A stretch of 28,156 nt of DNA from positions 1-28,156 of IMG/VR virus record IMGVR_UViG_2802429240_000006, one strand, 5' to 3'. The translations under genes and the position numbers were made by a program. Source of the DNA: a virus (Duplodnaviria; Heunggongvirae; Uroviricota; Caudoviricetes). Positions 9,912 to 18,430 of this stretch are shown here, one piece after another. The notes below the pieces were generated by a model. It searched no databases and was not told where the DNA came from. It worked only from the letters and a program-made list of their open reading frames with translations. Position 1 is the stretch's first letter. Each line of letters begins with the position of its first letter.

Positions 9912-11248
9912 TGGGATTTAATATCGTCACGGTGAATGTGTCCCAGACCATCGGGGCCATACCCTCGAATCTGCAACAGATGGCTGCGATTCTCTCGTTT
10001 GGTTCCACGACTCATGAGCCGGGAAAGCCTGTATTACTCACCCGTAATCAGGATATTAACGATCTGGTTAAAAATCCGATTGCTGCGTTGTCGGCGGCTG
10101 CCGCAGGAAAATCTGCGGCAAACGTCACCGTTACGATGACGCTTCCGGAAGGGAGTAACATCCGACGCGAAAACAGTTCTGAGGTGAAAATTGTGGTGTC
10201 CGGGTGTTCGCCCGACGCGTGGAATGGCGAATATACTGCTACCGTCACGGATGAAAAAACACTGACCTGGACGATTGCTGATTCTCAGCTTTCCGGTTCG
10301 CCAGTGACACTGGGGCAGTTTTCCATTGTCGGCAGTGAAAATCTGGTGACGGCAGTAAACACGTTTTTTGCCCAGGGAAATTCAGTCGGGATTTACCTGC
10401 TGGAGCTGGGAGTACAGAAAGGCGGGGTCAGTAAGGAAATCGCTGCACTGAAAGCTTATATGGAAGATCCGCTCCTGCGTTTTTATGCGTATCTGGTGCC
10501 GCAGCCGTGGGATGGTGACGCAGAATTTATCAGTCTGGCAAAACTCCACACCGCCAACGAAGCGATGCAGTATTTCTTCGTGCTGACGAAAACGCCGGAC
10601 GACACGAATTACGTTTCGCCTTATGCCGGTATTAAGTCGGTTATTGCAACGGAGGATGATACGTACCCGGCGACAAACGCGGCAGCAGCCGTAATGTGGA
10701 ACTATGTTTCCGCATCACCTTCAGAAATCAACAAGGTGCCGCCGATGGCATTTCGCTATCTGCAGGCGGTAAACGCCCACAAGGGCAAAAATTCCATTCT
10801 GGCCACGATGACAAAGCAGAATATTAACTACGTCGATACGGGTGCTGAGGGTGGAATTTCCAACACGATTCTGGTGAAAGGCGTTACCAGTGACGGTAAC
10901 GATATGACGTACTGGTATTCCGTAGACTGGGTGCAGATTAACGTCGATATGCAGCTCGCCAACACGGTGATCAACGGCAGCAATAACCCAATTAACCCGC
11001 TTTACTACAACCAGGACGGAATCGACCGTCTACAGCAGGTCGCACAGGCGGTGTTCAATACGGGCGTATCTTACGGCCTGGTCAACGGCCAGCCTGTCGT
11101 CGATGCAGTGCCTTTCCGCCAGTATATCAACACTAATCCGAATGATTACGGTATCGGGCGTTATGCAGGCCTTTCGGCCTCCTATACGCCGATGCGCGGA
11201 TTTGTCGAAATCATTTTTAACATCAATGTGACAATGCAGCTTTCGTGA
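9911..11248 (+). CDS. Putative tail sheath protein
   Basis: 445 aa followed by a 147 aa gene, a frameshifted chaperone and the tape measure gene: the canonical contractile-tail order. Confidence 0.45.
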   Translation: MGFNIVTVNVSQTIGAIPSNLQQMAAILSFGSTTHEPGKPVLLTRNQDINDLVKNPIAALSAAAAGKSAANVTVTMTLPEGSNIRRENSSEVKIVVSGCSPDAWNGEYTATVTDEKTLTWTIADSQLSGSPVTLGQFSIVGSENLVTAVNTFFAQGNSVGIYLLELGVQKGGVSKEIAALKAYMEDPLLRFYAYLVPQPWDGDAEFISLAKLHTANEAMQYFFVLTKTPDDTNYVSPYAGIKSVIATEDDTYPATNAAAAVMWNYVSASPSEINKVPPMAFRYLQAVNAHKGKNSILATMTKQNINYVDTGAEGGISNTILVKGVTSDGNDMTYWYSVDWVQINVDMQLANTVINGSNNPINPLYYNQDGIDRLQQVAQAVFNTGVSYGLVNGQPVVDAVPFRQYINTNPNDYGIGRYAGLSASYTPMRGFVEIIFNINVTMQLS

Positions 11249-11259
11249 GGGACTGAACC

Positions 11260-11703
11260 GTGCCTAATCCAATGATCCCCGTTGGCACCCTTAACCGGGT
11301 TCGCGCCAGCGTTAAATTCACCTCTCATTCCGAACTGAATGTGTCCGCCTCATTTCTGGCAAAAGAAGGCGTCGAATTGTCCTTTCAGGGCAATATCACG
11401 GAGTTTTTACCCGCTATGACGGGAGCCGTGCAGTCGCCGCAGCCATACATGATTTTACAGGCGCGTGTTCATCTGTTGCGTAGCCAGGCGCTGGGAAAAC
11501 AATTCAAGGCGCAATGGGAAAAGAATGCCACGATCGGCGACGCAAAAGTGTATAGCGACAGCACGGTATTCGGTGACTTCGATATCTATAACACGGCGAT
11601 CACCAACGTGCAGGATATGACCTTCGCCGGGGGCGAGCCGGGTGTGGCCATCACCATTACCGGTACGTATTACATCAACTCTGAAATGTGGGATCTGGTA
11701 TGA
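11260..11703 (+). CDS. Putative tail tube protein
   Basis: 147 aa between putative sheath and tail chaperone. Confidence 0.45.
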   Translation: MPNPMIPVGTLNRVRASVKFTSHSELNVSASFLAKEGVELSFQGNITEFLPAMTGAVQSPQPYMILQARVHLLRSQALGKQFKAQWEKNATIGDAKVYSDSTVFGDFDIYNTAITNVQDMTFAGGEPGVAITITGTYYINSEMWDLV

Positions 11704-12317
11704 AAATCTCCCGAAATCTGAATCTGATTATTCCTGTCCGGACAGAAAAGGGTAATGGCTGGATCCATGCCACGCCGATCAGCAAAGAGGTGTTTAAAGA
11801 GCATTTCTTCATCCTGAGTAAAACCTTTTCTGCCATTTTTTCTGAAGGTCTTGGCGTCGTTGCGGGTCCGCGTATCGCCTGCCTTATGCTGGAACGGATC
11901 TCCTCAGATATGAACATCTGGGATGGCGAAAAGGGCGTTCGTAATACGCTCGTGAATGAAATCATTCGCCTTGCGAATCTGGTTTACCCAGTCGAAGGGA
12001 AAGGTTATGACACGCTCCCGCTTGATATGGCGCTGGAGCGCGGCATCGTTGAATTTGATGATGTGGCAGGTGAACTCGTTTTTTTTACATGCGTCTCGTC
12101 GATAAACACACCGGAGCAGACGGAGCAGATGATGCTGGCAGTCAGTGGAATGTGGAACAGTCGCACTTCATCCTTGAGTCTTACGGAATGGATTGCTTCA
12201 TTGCCGACATTGAAGCCTGTCGCCAGTTCTGGCGCGACGGCGAGCACGTTATCAGCGACATCCTCGACTACTCAGCCGGAGACGGATTCAGCGACATCTG
12301 GGCAAATTCCGGTCTGA
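11700..12317 (+). CDS. Tail assembly chaperone (zero-frame product)
   Basis: ATG at 11700 overlaps upstream stop; lies between tube and tape measure genes; contains a T8 slippery run with an overlapping -1 frame ORF. Confidence 0.55.
   Translation: MKISRNLNLIIPVRTEKGNGWIHATPISKEVFKEHFFILSKTFSAIFSEGLGVVAGPRIACLMLERISSDMNIWDGEKGVRNTLVNEIIRLANLVYPVEGKGYDTLPLDMALERGIVEFDDVAGELVFFTCVSSINTPEQTEQMMLAVSGMWNSRTSSLSLTEWIASLPTLKPVASSGATASTLSATSSTTQPETDSATSGQIPV
12079..12086 (+). other. Candidate -1 programmed ribosomal frameshift slippery site (T TTT TTT)
   Basis: Eight consecutive T at 12079-12086; zero-frame codons GTT TTT TTT; the -1 frame is open from 12074 to 12391. Confidence 0.5.
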
Positions 12318-12391
12318 ATGTAAAAACAGCAGCTCAGTTTCGTGAGCTGCGTAAATGCACGACGCCGGGAGGTGTATTGAATGTCAGGTAA
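12089..12391 (+). CDS. -1 frame C-terminal extension of the tail chaperone (frameshift product)
   Basis: ORF in -1 frame relative to the chaperone, begins just after the T8 run and ends overlapping the tape measure start at 12381. Confidence 0.5.
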   Translation: MRLVDKHTGADGADDAGSQWNVEQSHFILESYGMDCFIADIEACRQFWRDGEHVISDILDYSAGDGFSDIWANSGLNVKTAAQFRELRKCTTPGGVLNVR

Positions 12392-14369
12392 TCAGATGCC
12401 AGTTCTGACACTGGACGTTAATGAAGAACATCTTAAGCGACTTGAGGCGATATTTGAAAAGTATCGCAACGGGCTGATGATTGGCCCTGCCGGTACGCCG
12501 CTTAAAATACCTTCAAATACAGGTCCGGCAGGTGGCGCCCGGCAGACAACCACAGGCGGAGAAGCCAATCAGGCTCCCAGGAAACCATCTTCACCCGAGC
12601 CAGTTTCGGCTGCTTCCACTGATGGACGTTTAAGGGATGAAAAAGGGCGCTTTGTTGGAAGCGGGAAAACACCTGATTCGCTGGTGAACAACTATAAAGG
12701 TCGCGGCGAAACGATGTTTGATAAGTACCTCAACGGGCTGGGTAAAAACGCTCAGGGGACACTGAAAACTTACAAACAGATCAATTCAACGCTTAAAACG
12801 ACTAATTCCCGGTTAAAAAGCCTGTTTAAAACCACGGTTTCGTGGGGGGCGAAAATAGCTGCAATAGGGGTTGCGGGGCCGTTTGGCTACAGCTATATGG
12901 CAAGTAAAGTCGCAGCACAGTATAGCGTGGCTCAGGGGTTAGGGATGGAAACCGCCCAAATGCAGGCCGCACGTGCCACCTATTCGCCATATTTTTCTGG
13001 CACAGAAGAACTGGTTCAGCATCTGGCGAACGCACAGAAAAATCCAAACGATCCAAACTATGCTGGTCTGGTTAGTCTTGGAATTGATCCGCGAGATGGT
13101 GCAGCAAAGAATCTGCCCAAACTTATGAGTGCGCTTGCATCTCTAGTTAAGCAATATAAAGGTTCAGGACTTACTCAGGGGATTCTCAACGGACAAGGAC
13201 TTGGATTTGTTGATGTCGCGACAACTAACCAGGTGGAAGCGAATCTGGACAAGATCCCCCAACTGAATGAGAAATTTGCAGCAAATACCCGGTTACTCGG
13301 CGCTTACCTCACGCCAGCTATGCAGTCAGGTTATCAGGACACGGTGAGTAACCTGATGGTAAATGGAAACAGAATATCAAATTCCTGGTATGCAGCTCTC
13401 GCCAGATATAACCCACTAATCAGAGGTGCATCAGATGGACTGACATCCAATATTGAAGGTTTTCTGAATGGTGGAAATTTTAAAAAAATTCTCACTGAGG
13501 CTGGCGAAGGGCTGGAGAAACTTGGTAAGTGGCTGAATAGCGAACAATTTAAAAATGATCTTGACGATTTTTCTCTGGCGGTGAGTCGGATTGCAAAAGC
13601 AATATGGTCAGCTATCAAATGGATCGGTGGGGAAGATAAATATCTCCCCGGAACCGGAGTTGGTGCTGAACAGGCAGATCCAGTTCTTGCGGCATTTGGG
13701 AATAAATATCTCGGTGGTGCGTTGCCGGGAGCAAACCCGATGACAAATCAGTATACGGGTGAGTTTTATAAACAGGATGATGTATATAAAAATTACCGTA
13801 TGCCTAATGATTTAAAGAGAAATATTCAGAACTTTGTAGAGCAAGCCAATAATACTTATCGACTTCCTAAAAATATGATGTCAGCTATCGCGGAGGTTGA
13901 ATCTTCGTGGAATCCTCTGGCAAGAGGAACTCCAGATGAAAAAGGTAGATTCGCTAAGGGGTTGTGGCAATTCTGGGATAGCACCGCAAAACAGTATGGT
14001 CTGGTGGGTGATGATGTTTATGACCCAAATAAATCCACTCTTGCGGCTGGCCGCTTTTTAAATGATCTGAATCGGCGTTATAAAGGCGATGTGGCAAAAA
14101 TGCTTACGGCATATAACGGAGGTCGTATTGATAGAGATGGAAATCTAAGTTTGAGAATGGAGACTGTAAAATATTTAATTAAATTATTGCCTCAGATACA
14201 GGGAGCCTTGGATCAACACCCTGGTATTATGAATCAGCTAAGAAATGCCAGAGATAACCTTCAGGGTGCTGGCAAAAATGCCCGCGCAATAATTGAGCTT
14301 CAGGTGCGACAATCGCCTGGTTCCGACATACTGGCACAACTCGCCGGAACGCAACAAATACCGGGGTAA
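12381..14369 (+). CDS. Tail tape measure protein with lytic transglycosylase (SLT) domain
   Basis: 662 aa directly after the frameshifted chaperone; SLT signature AIAEVESSWNP ... GLWQF ... AYNGG at about nt 13860-14130. Confidence 0.7.
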   Translation: MSGNQMPVLTLDVNEEHLKRLEAIFEKYRNGLMIGPAGTPLKIPSNTGPAGGARQTTTGGEANQAPRKPSSPEPVSAASTDGRLRDEKGRFVGSGKTPDSLVNNYKGRGETMFDKYLNGLGKNAQGTLKTYKQINSTLKTTNSRLKSLFKTTVSWGAKIAAIGVAGPFGYSYMASKVAAQYSVAQGLGMETAQMQAARATYSPYFSGTEELVQHLANAQKNPNDPNYAGLVSLGIDPRDGAAKNLPKLMSALASLVKQYKGSGLTQGILNGQGLGFVDVATTNQVEANLDKIPQLNEKFAANTRLLGAYLTPAMQSGYQDTVSNLMVNGNRISNSWYAALARYNPLIRGASDGLTSNIEGFLNGGNFKKILTEAGEGLEKLGKWLNSEQFKNDLDDFSLAVSRIAKAIWSAIKWIGGEDKYLPGTGVGAEQADPVLAAFGNKYLGGALPGANPMTNQYTGEFYKQDDVYKNYRMPNDLKRNIQNFVEQANNTYRLPKNMMSAIAEVESSWNPLARGTPDEKGRFAKGLWQFWDSTAKQYGLVGDDVYDPNKSTLAAGRFLNDLNRRYKGDVAKMLTAYNGGRIDRDGNLSLRMETVKYLIKLLPQIQGALDQHPGIMNQLRNARDNLQGAGKNARAIIELQVRQSPGSDILAQLAGTQQIPG

Positions 14370-14372
14370 AAG

Positions 14373-15041
14373 ATGTCACTTAATTACTTTGGGCAGGCTT
14401 TCAAACTGGCGTTTGAAGTATCGCCCATTCTTTTAGTTGATGGCATAGCGTCGAAAATTCCCGGCGGGGTGATGCCGATTGCTGTTTTGACCGAAGGCCT
14501 AAGCATTGCGAATGGTCTGCTGCATGGAGAGATTCATACACGCTCGATGGCGGCATTTACCCCGATGGCGGGGACAACGTTAGTCCAGCAGGATATTTGC
14601 AACCTGAATTTCTATAACCAGGTAACGGCAGCGAATGCGACCGTCAGGAAGCCTAACCGGGTAGTCATGCAGATGATCCGTCCGGCATCTACGGAGGACG
14701 GTGGCTACACCACGAAGGGAATGACGTTCACGGCGCTGAAAATGGCGCTTGATATGCATAACCAGTATGGCGGTTGCTACACCGTTCTGACTCCCTCGTT
14801 TATCTACACGCGCTGCCTGATGCGGTCGTTTGTCGATACCTCCGGCTTCTCTGAGCAGAACAAGCAGGTTCAGCACACCTGGCAGATTGAGTTTGAGCAA
14901 CCATTGTCGTCTGTCGAACAAACGGTAAAGACGCTGGCGAGCGTTCTGGATAAATTTGACAAAGGGATGCCGTCAGACGGGCCGCTATCGTGGTCAGGTA
15001 TTAAGAACCAGGTCGTGCAGGAGTTTGGTATTGGCTTATGA
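14373..15041 (+). CDS. Putative tail/baseplate protein
   Basis: 222 aa immediately downstream of tape measure; no motif recognised. Confidence 0.35.
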   Translation: MSLNYFGQAFKLAFEVSPILLVDGIASKIPGGVMPIAVLTEGLSIANGLLHGEIHTRSMAAFTPMAGTTLVQQDICNLNFYNQVTAANATVRKPNRVVMQMIRPASTEDGGYTTKGMTFTALKMALDMHNQYGGCYTVLTPSFIYTRCLMRSFVDTSGFSEQNKQVQHTWQIEFEQPLSSVEQTVKTLASVLDKFDKGMPSDGPLSWSGIKNQVVQEFGIGL

Positions 15042-15304
15042 CAACGTTAATTCCTTTTAAACCTGACGGGCGAGGCCCGTTTCAGTTCACGGCCAGAATT
15101 GGAGAATATGAAACATTCGCCCGCGTTCCGTTTAATCTGTATGCAAATCGTTACTACCTGGAACTGAAAGACAGTTCTGGCGACGTGATTGTGTACATGC
15201 CGTTGATCGCGTCACCTGACAGTTACGACATCAATCTGGCGCTGCCTTGCTCACCGGGGAAACTTGTTTTTCGCGAAAGTACGAATCAGTTTGAGGTTTC
15301 GTAA
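15038..15304 (+). CDS. Hypothetical small tail protein
   Basis: 88 aa, start overlaps upstream stop. Confidence 0.35.
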   Translation: MTTLIPFKPDGRGPFQFTARIGEYETFARVPFNLYANRYYLELKDSSGDVIVYMPLIASPDSYDINLALPCSPGKLVFRESTNQFEVS

Positions 15305-16311
15305 TGCGTTATTACCGACTGGAAATTATTAATCCTAAAACAGGAAAGCCGCCAGTGGATTGCAATGGAAAACCCATTGGGCCTTTTGATACCAGTGAAA
15401 CACCAGGATGTGGGTTGCATGTTGAATTTGACTTTGAAGTAACTGGTCTGGATGTAGTCTGCTCGGGTACGATGCTGACTATCTATGGATTACCAATTGA
15501 CATGCTGAAGCAAAGCGTGAGTTTGCAGGGGTGTCTGGTCCGTATGAAAGCGGGCTTTGTTGAGGGATTGCCTTTGGCAAATCCACAGCAACAGGGTGAG
15601 GTTATTTATGGCGAAATTTATCTGGCCTATGCCAACTGGATCGGCACGAACCAGACCTTAAACCTGGTAATAAATCCAACCGTACGCAAAACAGATGATG
15701 GTAAACCGTTCTCTATCGAGGGGGAGGGGCTTAAAGGGGAAAAGGTTGGTGATGTAATCTCCCGTGCGTTGCAAAAGGCATTTCCGAATAAGTTGATCGA
15801 TTGTACTGTCAGCGACAGCCTCGTTTTGCCGGAACCGTGGAATGGAACCTACGAAGATATTGGCTCGCTGGCTATGGTCCTCCGTAGTGCTTCAATTGCA
15901 ATGATGCGCGATGAGAAATACAGCGGAATTGCCATCAGTATTCTTTCCGACAGAATACGAATTTACGATAACGCGTCAGCAAAGTGGGGTGAGCCAAAAA
16001 CAATTCATGCCCATGAACTGGTCGGGCAGCCGACATGGATAGCGCCGTTTACCGTCAGTTTCAAATGTCCTATGAGAGGCGATATCAGATGTGGTGATGT
16101 GGTTAAACTGCCGGAGGGGCTATATTCTGGCGCTGCGTCGATTGTGATGGCTAATACAACGGCACCCAGCGTTATCGCAAAAAATTCGACCACGTTTACC
16201 GGGAAATTTCTTGTGAAATCAGTCAGACACATTGGTTCGTATCTGACAGCCGATGGCGATGCCTGGGTGACGGTATTTGAGGCATATGCTGAGAACTGGG
16301 CGAGGGTGTAA
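15304..16311 (+). CDS. Putative baseplate hub protein
   Basis: 335 aa, gene order between tape measure and spike-like gene. Confidence 0.35.
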   Translation: MRYYRLEIINPKTGKPPVDCNGKPIGPFDTSETPGCGLHVEFDFEVTGLDVVCSGTMLTIYGLPIDMLKQSVSLQGCLVRMKAGFVEGLPLANPQQQGEVIYGEIYLAYANWIGTNQTLNLVINPTVRKTDDGKPFSIEGEGLKGEKVGDVISRALQKAFPNKLIDCTVSDSLVLPEPWNGTYEDIGSLAMVLRSASIAMMRDEKYSGIAISILSDRIRIYDNASAKWGEPKTIHAHELVGQPTWIAPFTVSFKCPMRGDIRCGDVVKLPEGLYSGAASIVMANTTAPSVIAKNSTTFTGKFLVKSVRHIGSYLTADGDAWVTVFEAYAENWARV

Positions 16312-17024
16312 TGTCAAACGCTCAAAAATTACCGTTTCTCCGAACGCTGTCGGAGATGATGACCAGTTCTGGTAACCAGCAAGCCGAGCTTAAAGGCCGC
16401 GAATTGCCCTGCCATGTTGTCGATGTCAGTGGGCAGATAGTGACCGTTCAGTTTGATATGTTGCCAGAGGGGATCAACTTTCCGCAGATAACAATCCCTG
16501 TCGCCACATTCCCGTATATCCGTTACCCGATACAGCCGGGGGATCGAGGAGTAACAATTGCCGCTGATGTATCCCTGCGCGGTGTGTCCGGATTGGGAAC
16601 CGGTATGGCGACGCTCTCTTACTCGATGTCGCTCACTCCACTGTTTTTCGTGCCACTGGCAAACAAGGACTGGTCCGACGAAGATCCGCAAAAAATCGTT
16701 TTGTACGGTCCGGATGGCGCGATCCTCAAAACAGAGGACGGCAGTAGCTCGGTAACGGTGGCACCGGAAGAAATCAGGCTAAAGTCGAAAGCTGTTTACC
16801 TCGAGGCCGAAGATATCTTCATGAACGGTCAAATTCACCTCAACGGACCGATCGTCCAGGACAAAGCCCAGATGAAGGATACAACCGCTTCGCTGATTGG
16901 CCCTCTCAAAGTCGAGAAGGATGCAGTTATCAACGGCGTGAGCGCCAGCGGTCACAGCCACGATGTGACTGGCGTTCAAAGCGGCAACAGCACGATCACG
17001 TCGAAGAAACCAAATCCGGGTTAA
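16311..17024 (+). CDS. Putative baseplate spike protein (gpV-like)
   Basis: 237 aa; C-terminal GHSHD motif reminiscent of the HxH tip motif of P2 gpV-type spikes; gene order. Confidence 0.5.
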   Translation: MSNAQKLPFLRTLSEMMTSSGNQQAELKGRELPCHVVDVSGQIVTVQFDMLPEGINFPQITIPVATFPYIRYPIQPGDRGVTIAADVSLRGVSGLGTGMATLSYSMSLTPLFFVPLANKDWSDEDPQKIVLYGPDGAILKTEDGSSSVTVAPEEIRLKSKAVYLEAEDIFMNGQIHLNGPIVQDKAQMKDTTASLIGPLKVEKDAVINGVSASGHSHDVTGVQSGNSTITSKKPNPG

Positions 17025-17062
17025 TACCGGTTCATTTCACTTTAAATACTACCCATAAAACG

Positions 17063-17100
17063 AAAACCCCGACTGCTGGCCCAGTCGGGGTTTTCTGTTT
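17063..17100 (+). terminator. Rho-independent terminator (potentially bidirectional)
   Basis: AAAA-CCCCGACTG-ctggcc-CAGTCGGGG-TTTTCTGTTT; 9 bp GC-rich stem, A tract upstream and T tract downstream. Confidence 0.7.
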
Positions 17101-17128
17101 CTGACCTTGAATAAGGCAAGGAGAAGTC

Positions 17129-17266
17129 GTGTTTGATTTTAGCAAACTGATTCGGGAGATTCGAGTTATGGCTGAAAAATTATCCACCTGGAAGTTTTTG
17201 CTTATTTGGTTGGTCTTTCTGATTCTGGCGTCTGGTTATTTTGTTGGCCAGATCCGATGGTGGTGA
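17129..17266 (+). CDS. Small hydrophobic (single transmembrane segment) protein, 45 aa
   Basis: GTG start preceded by AAGGAG at 5 nt spacing; translation VFDFSKLIREIRVMAEKLSTWKFLLIWLVFLILASGYFVGQIRWW; stop 8 nt before the next start; below the size cut-off of the ORF track. Confidence 0.4.
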   Translation: MFDFSKLIREIRVMAEKLSTWKFLLIWLVFLILASGYFVGQIRWW

Positions 17267-17273
17267 GGGCACG

Positions 17274-17621
17274 ATGAGAACATGGGGCCGCGTCACCGAC
17301 GCGAACGGCAACAAAAAATGGGTTGCTGTAGAATCTGATGCCAACGGTGATTTCTCCTACGGCTGGCTGACGACGCTCATTCAGACGTTAAAGCTGGGGT
17401 TGGGGGAGTCGCCGTTTTACGCGAATTACGGTATTCCAGCGCAGCAGTGCATCGTGCAGCAAATTTACCCGGACTACTATGTGAACATGGTTCAGCAACA
17501 GTTTGCCGGGTATTTTGCATCGCTGGCAATTTCAAAGGTAGATGGGGCAGAGAACCCCACCTATAACATCGATGTTGTGTTTTTTAATGGGACCAGTTAC
17601 CGGACGCAGGTTCCGGTTTGA
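17274..17621 (+). CDS. Putative baseplate wedge protein (gp25 / gpW-like)
   Basis: ATG at 17274 (M12 of track ORF 17241..17621) with GGTGAGGG RBS; 115 aa; GESPFYANYG resembles the GxxPFxxxxG motif of T4 gp25. Confidence 0.4.
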   Translation: MRTWGRVTDANGNKKWVAVESDANGDFSYGWLTTLIQTLKLGLGESPFYANYGIPAQQCIVQQIYPDYYVNMVQQQFAGYFASLAISKVDGAENPTYNIDVVFFNGTSYRTQVPV

Positions 17622-18157
17622 GGCAAGTTTTCGGGCATCAGTTGGGCCAGTGGCGTGTTAAGAAGTTCATCGCGTGGCATGACAATCCATCCACTTTTGC
17701 GTAGTAAGTGAATTGCCCATTCTGTGGTTATAACTGAGCCTGATTTATGGTGCTCAATGTGGGTAACCGAGCCGTTTCTGACGCGCATGATGATGTCAAC
17801 ATTCAGAGGGGATTGTGTGCTGGTGGTATCCTCGCGCAGTTTTTTCTCGCACTCGATGAAGTATCGGCGGATCTGGTGGCCTTTTTCGTTGCGCTCAACC
17901 ATCGCCAGCTCTTTGGCGGTGTCCAGGGTTAGGTGGTAGTCTTTAGCTGGTCTGCCTCTACCGATTTTTTCCCGATTTTGGGAAATAATCAAAAAGTCCT
18001 GATTTTCTACGAATTCATACTCGCTGATTCGCTCGGTGATCCATGTAGCAAAGCGTTTACCTACTTCGAGAAAGGCGTGCAGATCGCGAGCATTACAGAG
18101 AAGGATTGTTTCGTTTGAGACAGTTCCGTTGAAAACGGGGATCAGTTGGGTTGTCAT
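17597..18157 (-). CDS. Phage antirepressor (AntA N-terminal domain plus KilA-C-like C-terminal domain)
   Basis: Start at ATG 18155-18157 (M85 of the 270 aa track ORF) with AGAGG RBS; motifs NARDLHAFLEVGKRFATWI and GRGRPAKDYHLTLDTAKELAMV...RRYFIECEK typical of phage antirepressors. Confidence 0.75.
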   Translation of the reverse strand: MTTQLIPVFNGTVSNETILLCNARDLHAFLEVGKRFATWITERISEYEFVENQDFLIISQNREKIGRGRPAKDYHLTLDTAKELAMVERNEKGHQIRRYFIECEKKLREDTTSTQSPLNVDIIMRVRNGSVTHIEHHKSGSVITTEWAIHLLRKSGWIVMPRDELLNTPLAQLMPENLPQTGTCVR

Positions 18158-18430
18158 GATGACCTCTGTTTGTTTTCTTCGAATTACCACTATCTGAGTG
18201 GTGCCAGGAGGTTCGAAACGGCACAAACAAAGCCGCGGACTTATTCCCCTTTCGGGTGTTGTATTCGTCGCCCTCCCGACATTGATCGGGGATGTGACCG
18301 CACATGGTGCCATCACTAAATAGTAGGCATAAAAAATCCAACACTGACGGGGTTGGTTGTGACCGTGTTTGTTGAGGTTTCGACGCCTCATGCGCCCAAT
18401 CATACTCAATTGGGCGCGGTTGTAAAGAGC
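18158..18430 (-). promoter_or_regulatory. Long structured leader / control region upstream of antirepressor, containing a 9 bp perfect inverted repeat
   Basis: GCGCCCAAT-catactca-ATTGGGCGC at 18392-18417; further GC-rich hairpins; no convincing ORF. Confidence 0.4.

Noticed and set aside
12089-12391. Independent 100 aa gene starting at ATG 12089
   Set aside because: No RBS, entirely overlapped with the chaperone gene in the -1 frame and preceded by a T8 slippery run; better explained as a frameshift extension.
18181-18260. tRNA-like element (GGTTCGAA and a GGCACCA-like 3' end) in the antirepressor leader
   Set aside because: No cloverleaf could be drawn; the TTCGAA motif lacks a complementary T-stem and no acceptor stem pairing exists.
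17724-18344. Small ORFs on both strands overlapping the antirepressor gene and its leader (17724..17939, 17747..17932, 17933..18118 plus; 18093..18344 minus)
   Set aside because: They are antisense to or out of frame with a well-supported gene, lack RBS and have no recognisable features.
17597-18409. Full 270 aa track ORF as the antirepressor
   Set aside because: The N-terminal 84 codons are Cys/Pro-rich low complexity and precede the conserved domain; an ATG with RBS at 18155-18157 matches the domain start, so the upstream part is treated as leader.
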